From Thermoproteota archaeon (GTDB taxonomy: Archaea > Korarchaeota > Korarchaeia > Korarchaeales > Korarchaeaceae), in NCBI GenBank assembly GCA_027491915.1, contig JAOZGC010000001.1, forward strand, positions 1 to 64,000: a stretch of 64,000 nucleotides of DNA, given 5' to 3'. Below the pieces are notes generated by a model. The model was not told the origin of the DNA and searched no databases. It saw nothing but the letters and a program-made list of their open reading frames with translations. The position numbers were made by a program, and so were the translations under genes. The stretch's first letter is position 1. Every line of letters starts with the position of its first letter. Positions 1-8,982 of this stretch are shown in pieces.

Positions 1-1
1 T

Positions 2-1651
2 CCTGAAGACCTCCCTGACGGCCCTCTCGCTCTCCCCCACCCACTTGCTCAGGAGCTCGGGCCCCTTCACCGATATGAAGTTGGCCTCGCTCTCCGTGGC
101 CACGGCCCTGGCCAGGAGGGTCTTGCCGCACCCGGGCGGGCCGTAGAGGAGGATGCCCCTTGGGGGCTCTATCCCCAGCCGCTCGAAGGAGTCGGGCCTC
201 TTCATGGGAAGCTCGACCAGCTCTCTCAAGGTTCTCTTGGCATCCTCTAGGTCTCCGACGTCTTCCCACCTGACGTTTGGGACCTCTATCGCTATCTCCC
301 TCATGGCCGACGGTTGGACCAGTCTGAGCGCCTCCAGGAAGTCCTTCCTGGTGACCTTCAATCCCTCGAGGACCTCTATGGGAACCGTGTCGGTCTCCAG
401 GTCTATGGAGGGGAGGATCCTCCTGAGGGCGGCCATGGCGGCCTCCCTCACCAGCGCGGCCAGGTCCGCGCCGACGAATCCGTGGGTTATGTCGGCCAGC
501 TCGTCCAGATCAACGTCATCCGCCAGGGGGACGTTTCTGGTGTGGATCTGGAGGATCTCCTTCCTGGCAGCCCTGTCGGGCACCCCTATCTCTATCTCCC
601 TGTCGAACCTGCCGGGCCTCCTGAGGGCCGGGTCTATGGCCTCTATCCTGTTGGTCGCCCCTATCACTATGACGTCCCCCCTGCTCTGGAGGCCGTCCAT
701 CAGGGAAAGGAGCTGGGCCACGACCCTCCTCTCCACCTCCCCGGTGACCTCGTTCCTGTTGGGAGCTATGGAGTCTATCTCATCTATGAAGACTATCGAC
801 GGGGCGGACTTCTCCGCCTCGTCGAATATCTGCCTCAGCCTCTTCTCGCTCTCCCCGTAGTACTTGCTCATTATCTCCGGGCCGTTTATGCTTATGAAGT
901 GGGCGCCGCTCTCGTTGGCCACGGCCCTGGCCAGGAGGGTCTTGCCGCACCCGGGCGGGCCGTAGAGGAGGATGCCCCTTGGGGGCTCTATCCCCAGGTG
1001 CCTGAAGAGCTCCGGGTGCCTGAGGGGGAGCTCCACCATCTCCCTGATCCTCTGGATGGCCTCTTTCAGTCCTCCTATGTCCTCGTAAGTTATGGCGGGG
1101 AGTTTTATCTTCGAGATCTCGACGGGCCTCTCCCTGACCTCTACCACGGTCGACTCTCCAACCTTTCCGTAGTTCTTGGGGCTCACCCCGGCGACCACAA
1201 GGGGTATGTATCTCCTGAACACCGCGACGAGCACCGTGTCCCCCTTGGTGACCACGTAGTCCAGCAGGGTCCTCTTCACCCACTGATTGAACTCCGGCCC
1301 GATCCTCATCGGATGCTCTTGGGGGGCCAAGATGACTTTCGTGGCCTCTATCGCCTTGACGGGCCTGATCCTGACCTTCTCCCCGGTTCTGACCCCGGCG
1401 TTCCCCTTCACTATCTTGTCCATCCTGATGTACCTGGTCCCTATGTCCATGGGGACCGAGGACATCGCCCTGGCGTGGGTGACCCTGCTCCCGAATATCC
1501 TGAGGTAGTCCCCGGTGGATATCCCCGCGTCCCTCATGACCTTTGGATCGAGCCTGACGATCCCCCTGCCGAAGTCCTCCTGCTTGAGGACGTCTTGGAC
1601 TATCATCGTGACCTCCACTCGCCTCTCTTCCTTCCCTCTCCCCTTTGGCAC
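2..1651 (-). CDS. cdc48: CDC48/VCP/VAT AAA+ ATPase (3' end outside window)
   Basis: Manual translation from GTG 1651: N-domain ([11 protein letters not shown]), D1 [35 protein letters not shown], then D2 Walker A; absent from ORF track because it runs off the window. Confidence 0.95.
   Translation of the reverse strand, partial: MPKGRGKEERRVEVTMIVQDVLKQEDFGRGIVRLDPKVMRDAGISTGDYLRIFGSRVTHARAMSSVPMDIGTRYIRMDKIVKGNAGVRTGEKVRIRPVKAIEATKVILAPQEHPMRIGPEFNQWVKRTLLDYVVTKGDTVLVAVFRRYIPLVVAGVSPKNYGKVGESTVVEVRERPVEISKIKLPAITYEDIGGLKEAIQRIREMVELPLRHPELFRHLGIEPPRGILLYGPPGCGKTLLARAVANESGAHFISINGPEIMSKYYGESEKRLRQIFDEAEKSAPSIVFIDEIDSIAPNRNEVTGEVERRVVAQLLSLMDGLQSRGDVIVIGATNRIEAIDPALRRPGRFDREIEIGVPDRAARKEILQIHTRNVPLADDVDLDELADITHGFVGADLAALVREAAMAALRRILPSIDLETDTVPIEVLEGLKVTRKDFLEALRLVQPSAMREIAIEVPNVRWEDVGDLEDAKRTLRELVELPMKRPDSFERLGIEPPRGILLYGPPGCGKTLLARAVATESEANFISVKGPELLSKWVGESERAVREVFR
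97..178. repeat. 82-bp perfect direct repeat, copy in cdc48 D2 Walker A region (other copy 916..997)
   Basis: Base-by-base identity tggccacggccctgg...ctctatccccag. Confidence 0.9.
916..997. repeat. 82-bp perfect direct repeat, copy in cdc48 D1 Walker A region
   Basis: Identical to 97..178. Confidence 0.9.
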
Positions 1652-1690
1652 GGGATCCCCTCCTCTCTCAGGGAGAGATCTCCCCGAGCG

Positions 1691-2824
1691 TTATATAAAG
1701 TGGCCCCGCGCGGAGCCCAGGATCGGCCTGCCCACCCTATTCAGGTCCCTCATCATCTGGGGCATGACGGCCCACGTGCTGTGGACGATTACCTCGTCCC
1801 ACTCGTCGGTCAAGACGTCGAGGGACTCCATCTCCAGCACAATCACGTCGAAATCCCGCCTCTCGGCCAGGGCCGCCTCGTCGCTCAGCAGCCATATGGC
1901 CGTGGAGGCCACAATGGCCTCCCTCTCTGCCTGCCACCGCCTCCCCTTCCGCCCCGGATCCGGGGGGGATCTGGCCAGGTCCACCGCAGACCCCTCCAGG
2001 TCCCGGAGCATGGACTCCGCCAGGGAGGACATCCTGCCCTCCACGCCGACCAGCATCTCCCTCTCCCTCGCGGGGGGCAGGTCCTCCCCCACTATCTCCC
2101 CCTCCTCGTCCAGCAGCCGGGACACCTCGGCCTCCAGTCCGGGCGGCAGGAGGGATGCGGCCTCGTCCTTCACCCTGTGGAAGGAATCCCACCTCCTGAT
2201 CCTTCTCGGCTCGTCTGGCGAGATCTCCTCCGGGCTCCACTCCGCCGGATCCTCCGTCTCCAGCCCGTCCACTATCTCCTCCATCGAGAAGAAGACGGAG
2301 GCCTCCCTGACGGCCGCGGCCGGGTCGTCGGAGGCGTGTATCAGGTTCAGGACCCTGTTCCCCCCCTTGAGGTCGTACCTGATCTGCCCCTCCACGCCGG
2401 CGTCCGGGGTGGTCGGCCCCACGAGCTCTCTCAACCTGGTGGGCAGGCTCTCCTCTCCCCCCGGCGGATCCCCCCTGAGGAGCACCGCCACAACCTCCCT
2501 CCCCGAGAACACCTTCGGCATGATCCACCAGCTGTCTCTGTACTTCTCCTTGACGAACCTGTAGAGCTCGTCTATCTGAGGAGGATCCATCTTGGAGACG
2601 CGCAGGGCCGCCGCCCACAGACCCTCCGACTCCAGCCTGGACAGGATCTCCGGGGCCAGCCCGGAGGCGAAGGCGTCCGGCTTTATCATGGCGAAGGCGA
2701 ACTCCCTCAGCCTATCGACGTGCCCCGGTCCGGCCACGGAGAGGAACTCCTCCCTCAGCTCGCGGTACACCTCGGCCTCCAGGGGGTCCTCCCTGTCGAA
2801 GTATCCCAGCGCCCCGCGAGCCAT
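1691..2824 (-). CDS. Nucleoside diphosphate kinase-domain protein with long C-terminal extension (377 aa)
   Basis: FAMIKPDA, RELVGPTTP, GQIRYD, NLIHASD NDK motifs; ATG 2824 just after aglB stop. Confidence 0.8.
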   Translation of the reverse strand: MARGALGYFDREDPLEAEVYRELREEFLSVAGPGHVDRLREFAFAMIKPDAFASGLAPEILSRLESEGLWAAALRVSKMDPPQIDELYRFVKEKYRDSWWIMPKVFSGREVVAVLLRGDPPGGEESLPTRLRELVGPTTPDAGVEGQIRYDLKGGNRVLNLIHASDDPAAAVREASVFFSMEEIVDGLETEDPAEWSPEEISPDEPRRIRRWDSFHRVKDEAASLLPPGLEAEVSRLLDEEGEIVGEDLPPAREREMLVGVEGRMSSLAESMLRDLEGSAVDLARSPPDPGRKGRRWQAEREAIVASTAIWLLSDEAALAERRDFDVIVLEMESLDVLTDEWDEVIVHSTWAVMPQMMRDLNRVGRPILGSARGHFI

Positions 2825-2831
2825 CCGTGGC

Positions 2832-4910
2832 TCACCAGCCCCTGATCCTGTAGACGACGACCCTCGGGAACCCGCCGACCTTCGACTCGTACGCGAGCTC
2901 GAAGAACTCCGGTTCCTGGGCCGAGCCCCGCTGCAGGACACCCCCCTTTGAGAAGGCGTCTATAGCCAACTTGAAGAGGGTGAGGTTCCTGGCGAAGTCG
3001 GTCGGCATAGTCCTATTCGTTCCGGGGGCCCTCCTGAAGAAGAGCGGGAAGTCCTCATACGCGAACGCCCGGTCTCCGGTGAACGGGTTGTGGACGAACC
3101 TCTCCGCTATCCAAGCCATGGCCATCCACTTCCCCGCCCCCGTCAGGCACTGCCCGGTGTACATGTTGCAAACCTCGGCGAACAGGTCCACGACCACGTA
3201 GCTCGCGTTGTACTTCATGGCGGTGTTCAGCATATCCTCCTCCGTACCTATGAACGACTTGGCTATGACCCTAACCTGGGACGCGTTTATGTTGAGACCG
3301 TCCGCCAGGCTGACCCTCCTCGCCCCGTCCGCCAGCCAGTATCCGTAGTCCCACCACGATATCACCACGTCCGTCGGGTCGGTGGAGTTCCTGATCCAAC
3401 TCAGCGCGTCGTCCCACCCCCTCGGGTATCCCAGTCCGTAGCCGGAGGCGTAGGAGTAGGCGTTGTACCCTGACACGGCCAGGGGGGCGATAACCATCAG
3501 ACCCAGCATGGTCAGCGGCATCCAGAGCCTGCCGATCTTCTGACCCAGGGTGACCTCCCTCTTCCTCTTCCGCAGGTACTCCTCCATGGCCCTTATCCTC
3601 TTGCTGGCGCCGCTGTAGGACTCGCCGAGTCGGTGGGCCAGGTAGGCCGTCGATAGGGAAAGGAATGGGGCCGATATCGGCGGCAACCTGGCGAAGCTCA
3701 TGGCGAAGTAGACGGAGCTGGATGCGAGCAGGACCAACCCCAGGTGGACCGGATCCCTCCACCTCTCTATCAGCATCAGCCCCAAGCCCAGGAGTCCCGG
3801 TATGAGCAGGAACCCTATGGACCTGGCGGAGGCCTGTGGGTTGGTCTGGTGCTCGGCGACCGTGTCTATGACGTTCCCCCTGCCCAGATCGGCCCCCGGA
3901 TTGAACACCTTGATGAATCTCTTCCCGGAGAACCTGAAGCCGGCCGCGTATCCCACGCCCAGGGCGATCACCGCCAGAGCCAGCACCGAAAGGACCCTCC
4001 GCCTGGTGATCAGGCTTCCGAGCTTGCCCTCCCCCCCGTAGGCCGACCACGCCTCGTAGAGCAGCACGGCCGCCACGGCGGCGTATGCCACCGAGCTCTC
4101 CACACTCAGGTAGAAGACCTTGTGCGTCAGCTGTGGTATGAGTCCCATGGAGGCCAGCGAGACGTATATTGGGGGTAGCCCGAAGCCGAACTCCATCTGC
4201 CTCGTCAGCCTGCCCAGCAGGAGACCTGCCAACAGGAACAAGGCGTAACCGTCGAAGAACAGCCTGAAACCTGCCCAGAGTCCGGCGGAGAAGACCAGGA
4301 GAATCCCGCTCAGGGCTCCCCAGACGACGCTCTTCCACAGCCTGTCCTCGGTGGCGGCGTAGATGCTCATCGCCAGCGAGCCGACCAAGAAGGGGATGGC
4401 GAACTGCTCGTGCCTGTAGAATCCCGCGACGCTCCTTTGGGCGTAAGCCCAGGTGATCGTCACCGAAATAGCGCCGGCGGCGGCCCCCAGCCTGCCCCCC
4501 CACAGCCTCCTCGCCAGGAGGTAGACCGGTATCGCGGCCAGGGGGGCGAAAAACGCCGGGATCAAAACGCACGCCTGTCTGATCGTCAGGTCTGATCCGA
4601 GGAACCTCATCAGGTGGTAGAGGGCCGCCCCGAGGTAGTAGTGGAACACCGGGAGCCTCTCCCTCGGATCGTAGCTCCAGGGATGCCAGCCCATAGGGTC
4701 GTACTCCGGGATGTGCCCCTCTTCTATCAGGTCCTTGGTCATCCTGTAGTGGAGCAGGGGGTCGTCGGCCGTCAGGTTAAGGCCATACCTCAGCGCCGGC
4801 TGCAGCCTTATGAAGATCCCGAGGCCTACGGCCGCCAGGATCGCGGCGATTTCTATCAGCGCCCACATTACCGCGTAGATTCTCCCATTTCCCCGGATCA
4901 ACGGGTTCAC
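2832..4910 (-). CDS. aglB: Oligosaccharyltransferase AglB/STT3
   Basis: DDPLLH, many TM helices, TVAEHQ, SWWDYGYW motif. Confidence 0.93.
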   Translation of the reverse strand: MNPLIRGNGRIYAVMWALIEIAAILAAVGLGIFIRLQPALRYGLNLTADDPLLHYRMTKDLIEEGHIPEYDPMGWHPWSYDPRERLPVFHYYLGAALYHLMRFLGSDLTIRQACVLIPAFFAPLAAIPVYLLARRLWGGRLGAAAGAISVTITWAYAQRSVAGFYRHEQFAIPFLVGSLAMSIYAATEDRLWKSVVWGALSGILLVFSAGLWAGFRLFFDGYALFLLAGLLLGRLTRQMEFGFGLPPIYVSLASMGLIPQLTHKVFYLSVESSVAYAAVAAVLLYEAWSAYGGEGKLGSLITRRRVLSVLALAVIALGVGYAAGFRFSGKRFIKVFNPGADLGRGNVIDTVAEHQTNPQASARSIGFLLIPGLLGLGLMLIERWRDPVHLGLVLLASSSVYFAMSFARLPPISAPFLSLSTAYLAHRLGESYSGASKRIRAMEEYLRKRKREVTLGQKIGRLWMPLTMLGLMVIAPLAVSGYNAYSYASGYGLGYPRGWDDALSWIRNSTDPTDVVISWWDYGYWLADGARRVSLADGLNINASQVRVIAKSFIGTEEDMLNTAMKYNASYVVVDLFAEVCNMYTGQCLTGAGKWMAMAWIAERFVHNPFTGDRAFAYEDFPLFFRRAPGTNRTMPTDFARNLTLFKLAIDAFSKGGVLQRGSAQEPEFFELAYESKVGGFPRVVVYRIRGW

Positions 4911-4954
4911 CGCCGAGGCCCGGGAAGCGGGTGGATAAAAATGGTTCCGAAGGT

Positions 4955-5260
4955 TCAGACGCCCGTCCTCTCAACCTCTCTCTCCACGCTCTCCCTAAGC
5001 TCTTCGTACTCCCTCCTCAACAGATCCAACGCCCTCTTGACGGCCTCGATGGGATCCCCCTCTCTGGTCCTGACGTAGACGACCGCCTCCTCCACCAGGG
5101 GGTGGGGGACGTCGTAACCGGCGAACTCCACGCCCACCTCGTGCAGGGCGGATACCAGCGGCACGACGAGCGTGTAGGTCTCTCCCCTTATCCTAACCTC
5201 GATCTCCCCCTCCCCCCTCCTCCTTATCTCGACCGAGAAGTCGTCAGCGTCGGATTCCAA
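4955..5260 (-). CDS. rpoL: RNA polymerase subunit L (Rpo11)
   Basis: IRGETYTL, FAGYDVPHPL. Confidence 0.9.
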   Translation of the reverse strand: MESDADDFSVEIRRRGEGEIEVRIRGETYTLVVPLVSALHEVGVEFAGYDVPHPLVEEAVVYVRTREGDPIEAVKRALDLLRREYEELRESVEREVERTGV

Positions 5261-5265
5261 CCGAT

Positions 5266-5895
5266 CTACCTCCCGGACAGTTCTCTGAGCACGGACTCTG
5301 GGCTTCTCCTGAAAAGATAAATTCCATCCACCTCCTCTATCATCCCAGCCTCCAGGGCCTCGTCCATCACGTCCAGGAAAGACCTCCCGGATATGACGGC
5401 CGCGGCCGCGAGAACCTCCCTGACCCTCCTCTGCCTGACCTCCAGCCTGGCGACCGAGGCCACGGCCCTAAGACTCTCAATTAGCTCCCCCATCTCCTCG
5501 GGTGTCGTGTCCGTTCTGAGCACGTCTCCCGCCCATGAGACCTCTCTCCCCATCCCCCGGAGGGCCGTGACCAGCAGCGAGATCCCGACCCCTCCTACCC
5601 TCTCGTTCAACCAGTCCCTGGGGTACCTCCTCACCCTGCCCCCAGATCTCACCATCGTGAAGTTGCGTAGGGCGTTCCTGGCGGTCTTCTCGGTCTTCCT
5701 CATCTCCTCGGTCGTTCCGTAGACCGTCACGGACAACCTGCCCGGCGAGGTGTACCTGTAGGAGTAGTCCCTCCCCTCAAGCTTCTTCTCCAGGTAGTCC
5801 AGGAACTCCTCCACCTCCACCCCCCCACCCGGAATCGACATGGAGAAGGTCCTCTTCCCGTTGACTTCAACTGGAGATCTCCGTCTGGCTCTCAT
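5266..5895 (-). CDS. DUF2067-like protein
   Basis: Size and position between csl4 and rpoL as in other TACK archaea; start 5895 or 5907. Confidence 0.6.
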   Translation of the reverse strand: MRARRRSPVEVNGKRTFSMSIPGGGVEVEEFLDYLEKKLEGRDYSYRYTSPGRLSVTVYGTTEEMRKTEKTARNALRNFTMVRSGGRVRRYPRDWLNERVGGVGISLLVTALRGMGREVSWAGDVLRTDTTPEEMGELIESLRAVASVARLEVRQRRVREVLAAAAVISGRSFLDVMDEALEAGMIEEVDGIYLFRRSPESVLRELSGR

Positions 5896-5897
5896 CC

Positions 5898-6485
5898 CTA
5901 ATACCACCCCCTCTTGAATGGATTTAAACCATAATCCTCGCTTATCTTCCTATCTAGGATAACCTTCCCGCACTCGGGACACACCAGCGTGTAACCCACC
6001 TTCCTCAGCACCGCGCCGCAGGACGGGCACCTCGCCCTTATGACCCCCTCTCTCCTGCCGACGAGGCTAAGCACCACCTGGCCGTTCTCCACCTCCTCGA
6101 CCCTGGCCAAGACGACGTCTCCCGGGAAAGCCGCGGCGTTCGAACTGACTCTCCTGAGGAGTATGCCCTCGACCGGGTTCTTGAGCCTCACCCTGATGGG
6201 ACTGACGATCGAGTCTATCCTCACCCTCGATATCGTCGTTTCCGTCTGCCACACGGTCCCCACGACCGTCCACCCCCTCTCCAGGGGCAGGGGGGGGTCC
6301 CTGACAGGGTCGACGTTGACCTTCCCCTCTCCCCTCCTCAGGTATCCCAGGTGGGCCGACCTTATTACCCCCCCGTCGACGTACACCCCCCTGCCCGGGA
6401 TGTACTCCTCAATGACCCCTATGGCCTCCCCGGGCAGCACGACGTCTCTCTCTCCCCGACCGCCGTCTCCTCCCCTCTCCTCCAA
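5898..6485 (-). CDS. csl4: Exosome RNA-binding cap protein Csl4
   Basis: VLPGEAIGVIEEYIPG, S1 domain, CPSCG...CPECG Zn ribbon, RKIS. Confidence 0.9.
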   Translation of the reverse strand: MEERGGDGGRGERDVVLPGEAIGVIEEYIPGRGVYVDGGVIRSAHLGYLRRGEGKVNVDPVRDPPLPLERGWTVVGTVWQTETTISRVRIDSIVSPIRVRLKNPVEGILLRRVSSNAAAFPGDVVLARVEEVENGQVVLSLVGRREGVIRARCPSCGAVLRKVGYTLVCPECGKVILDRKISEDYGLNPFKRGWY

Positions 6486-7094
6486 TCACCTCACCTCGAA
6501 CCTCAGCACCTCGGCCTCCACCAGCGCCAGCCTCTTCTCGTGAAACTCAAACATCCTTGGTATTTTAATCGAGACGCGGGTCGCGTGGGTCAGAACCCCG
6601 CCGACCTCCGCCGCCTTCCTCGCCAAGAAGTCCGAGTTCCCGGCCTTGTGCAAGCTGTAGACCACCTTCGATATCTCCAGGGCCTTCAGGAGGAACTCGA
6701 CATCGGCCCCTCTCCTCCTGACGCCGAAGGGGGGGTTCTGAACGCACGTGTCGTACCTCCCCCCGACCTCGGAGACGTCTGCCACGTGGAACCTCGCGCA
6801 GTCGACGCCGAGCTTCCTGGCGTTTCGCCAGGCTACCACCACGGCGGAGGGATCGACGTCGTAGCCCACCGCCTCGCGCGCCCCCAGGAGGCAGGATCCC
6901 AGGGTCAGTATCCCGTTGCCGCACCCCAGGTCGACCACCCTCTTACCCGCCAGATCCCCCATGAGGCTGGCCCACCAGAGGAGGCCGGCCGCCACGTCTG
7001 GCGGGGTCTGATACTGCTCTAGGTCCACCCTCGGTCTCGGGATCGGCTCCAAGCCCGATAGGACTATCTCCAGGTCTCTCTTCGCGCGTATCAA
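6486..7094 (-). CDS. METTL5-family N6-adenosine methyltransferase
   Basis: LEQYQTP, DLGCGNG, NPPFG, YSLH, FEFH. Confidence 0.88.
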   Translation of the reverse strand: MIRAKRDLEIVLSGLEPIPRPRVDLEQYQTPPDVAAGLLWWASLMGDLAGKRVVDLGCGNGILTLGSCLLGAREAVGYDVDPSAVVVAWRNARKLGVDCARFHVADVSEVGGRYDTCVQNPPFGVRRRGADVEFLLKALEISKVVYSLHKAGNSDFLARKAAEVGGVLTHATRVSIKIPRMFEFHEKRLALVEAEVLRFEVR

Positions 7095-7600
7095 CCGCCG
7101 ATCCTCTCTACCACGAGCCTGGTCATGGGGGGAAGCTTGATCTTTGCCACCTCCATGACGTATCTGGCCTGTTCCAATTCTTCGGCCTTGACCCTCATGA
7201 GCATTATGGTCTCTCCGGCGCGGAGCTGGGCCGCCCTCGCGTCCGGCTTTCCAAAGGCGAGCCTCATACCCTTCTGCAGCCTCTCTGCCTTGTGAACCCC
7301 GGCCATGGCGTGCTTCCTGAGTATGTGGTGGGGATAGGGGACCACCTTCATGAAGTAGGGGCCGGCTATCCTCTTCCTTATCTGAGACACCGCGGCCATC
7401 CGCGCGGCCTCCAGCGCGTTGCTCCTAACCTGGAACGGGGCGGTTGACTCTATCCTGATCTCGTAGTCGTAGTCCTCGTTGGGATCCCCGTGGTCGAACT
7501 TCTGTATCTTGCTGTAGGGCTTGCTCTTTATGTACTCCAGCCTCGTGTAGGGCCTCTGAATGGCCCTGTAATTTCTGGCCGGCCTAAGCGACACGATCAC
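7091..7600 (-). CDS. rpl10e: 50S ribosomal protein uL16 (L10e)
   Basis: RPARNYR, NALEAARM, PYPHHILR, GMRLAFGKP. Confidence 0.93.
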   Translation of the reverse strand: MIVSLRPARNYRAIQRPYTRLEYIKSKPYSKIQKFDHGDPNEDYDYEIRIESTAPFQVRSNALEAARMAAVSQIRKRIAGPYFMKVVPYPHHILRKHAMAGVHKAERLQKGMRLAFGKPDARAAQLRAGETIMLMRVKAEELEQARYVMEVAKIKLPPMTRLVVERIGG

Positions 7601-8348
7601 ACACCTCCAGCCTATTCTTCACCTTGACCACGGCCTCCAGCAGGTACGTCGCCTCCTCCCTGGTGACCCCGCACGGGTACGCGCGGCCCAGGATCCTCCC
7701 CAGGGTCAGCATGAGTCTCCTCTCCTTGTGGTCCGGGAGGCCGATCCGGGATAGGATCTCACCCAGGTAAATAAGCGTTCTCTCCCTCAGCCCGCGCGGC
7801 ACCGGCTCGACCTTCCCACCCCCTCGGGAGGCCATGCTCATCTCGTAGAGCACCACGGCCGCGGCGTTGGCCAGGTTCATCGCGGCGTATTCCCTGCTGG
7901 TCGGTATGGTGACGACCACGTCGCAGAGGGAGAGCTCCTCGTTCGTCAGCCCGGTGGACTCCCTGCCGAACACGAGCCCCACCTTCCCGCCCCACCTGAG
8001 CGACTCGGCGAATGACCTGAGCTCCACTGCCCTCCTCAGCGGGGACCGAATCGCCACCCTGGCGGTCGTCCCGACGACCAGGTCCGTCCCCTCTAGGGCC
8101 TCCTCCAGGCTGACCACGATCTTGCACGACCTGAGGATGTCTGCCGCCCTCATGGCCGCGGCCTCCGCCCTGTCCAGGCTGTCGAACATGGGGGACACGA
8201 GCCACAGGTCGGAGTAACCGAAGTTCATCATCGCCCTGGCTATCATGCCAACGTTTATGGAGTTCTCGGGCTCGACGAGTATCACCCTTATGTCGAACCC
8301 GTCGCCGCGCCCCGGAGACCTGCTCTCAGCCCTCCCCGATCTGATCAC
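7584..8348 (-). CDS. trmJ: TrmJ/SPOUT tRNA 2'-O-methyltransferase (start uncertain: 8285, 8348 or 8387)
   Basis: RVILVEPENSINVGMIARAMMNFG, VFGRESTGLTNEEL, TIPTSREYAAMNLA. Confidence 0.88.
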   Translation of the reverse strand: MIRSGRAESRSPGRGDGFDIRVILVEPENSINVGMIARAMMNFGYSDLWLVSPMFDSLDRAEAAAMRAADILRSCKIVVSLEEALEGTDLVVGTTARVAIRSPLRRAVELRSFAESLRWGGKVGLVFGRESTGLTNEELSLCDVVVTIPTSREYAAMNLANAAAVVLYEMSMASRGGGKVEPVPRGLRERTLIYLGEILSRIGLPDHKERRLMLTLGRILGRAYPCGVTREEATYLLEAVVKVKNRLEVCDRVA

Positions 8349-8982
8349 CCTGTCAGGACTCGAGGCCGCTTTCCTCTCTATATACATGGCAGCCTCGGGA
8401 GATCCAAGGCTCGCAGCCAGGCTCTTCTTCCTCTCCGCCTTCTTCGACTACCTTGACGGCGTGGCCGCCAGGGCCATTCGGGGGGAGACCCCGAGCGGGG
8501 AGCTGCTCGACAGGTTCGTGGACAGGATATCACAGTGCTTGGCCCCGGCCGTGCTGATGGCGGGCTCTGGGGACCTTCCAGATCTCGTCGCCGCCTCCAG
8601 CCTGGTGATAGTAGGGGCCGTCAGGCTGGCCATGCCGCGGGACAGGAGGCTCTTCAGGGGGGCTCCCCTCTTCGTGCCCGCCCTGATGATAGAGGGGGAG
8701 GCCCTGGCTGGCGGGACGCCGCACTGGGCGTTGATACTGTTGGCCTCGGCCATGGCCGCCCTGCCTATACGGTACCCGAGGTCCCAGGAGTCCTCCCTCG
8801 GGGGGAGGGGGGGGTGGAGGGCCGCGGCGTGGTCTCTGAGGGGTATGGTGCCGGCCGCGATGGTGCTGGCCCCGGAGCGAGTCGCCGCCGCCGCGGGGCC
8901 CGCGCTGGGCTGGGCGGCCTTCGCCTTCCTGCTGACGGGGCCCATACTCGCGTTGAGGTCGGGTCAGAGCGTGTCCATGTAG
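8290..8982 (+). CDS. CDP-alcohol phosphatidyltransferase (archaetidylserine synthase-like)
   Basis: LPDLITL, DYLDGVAAR...GELLDRFVDRI motif, RLA..FRGAP, hydrophobic. Confidence 0.8.
   Translation: MSNPSPRPGDLLSALPDLITLSGLEAAFLSIYMAASGDPRLAARLFFLSAFFDYLDGVAARAIRGETPSGELLDRFVDRISQCLAPAVLMAGSGDLPDLVAASSLVIVGAVRLAMPRDRRLFRGAPLFVPALMIEGEALAGGTPHWALILLASAMAALPIRYPRSQESSLGGRGGWRAAAWSLRGMVPAAMVLAPERVAAAAGPALGWAAFAFLLTGPILALRSGQSVSM

Noticed and set aside
314-2845. 843-aa plus-strand ORF and similar long ORFs (1515..2564, 31938..33566, 35875..37509, 53011..54612, 56677..58560, 61959..63455)
   Set aside because: Antisense or off-frame shadows of well-supported genes in GC-rich DNA; biased composition and no motifs.
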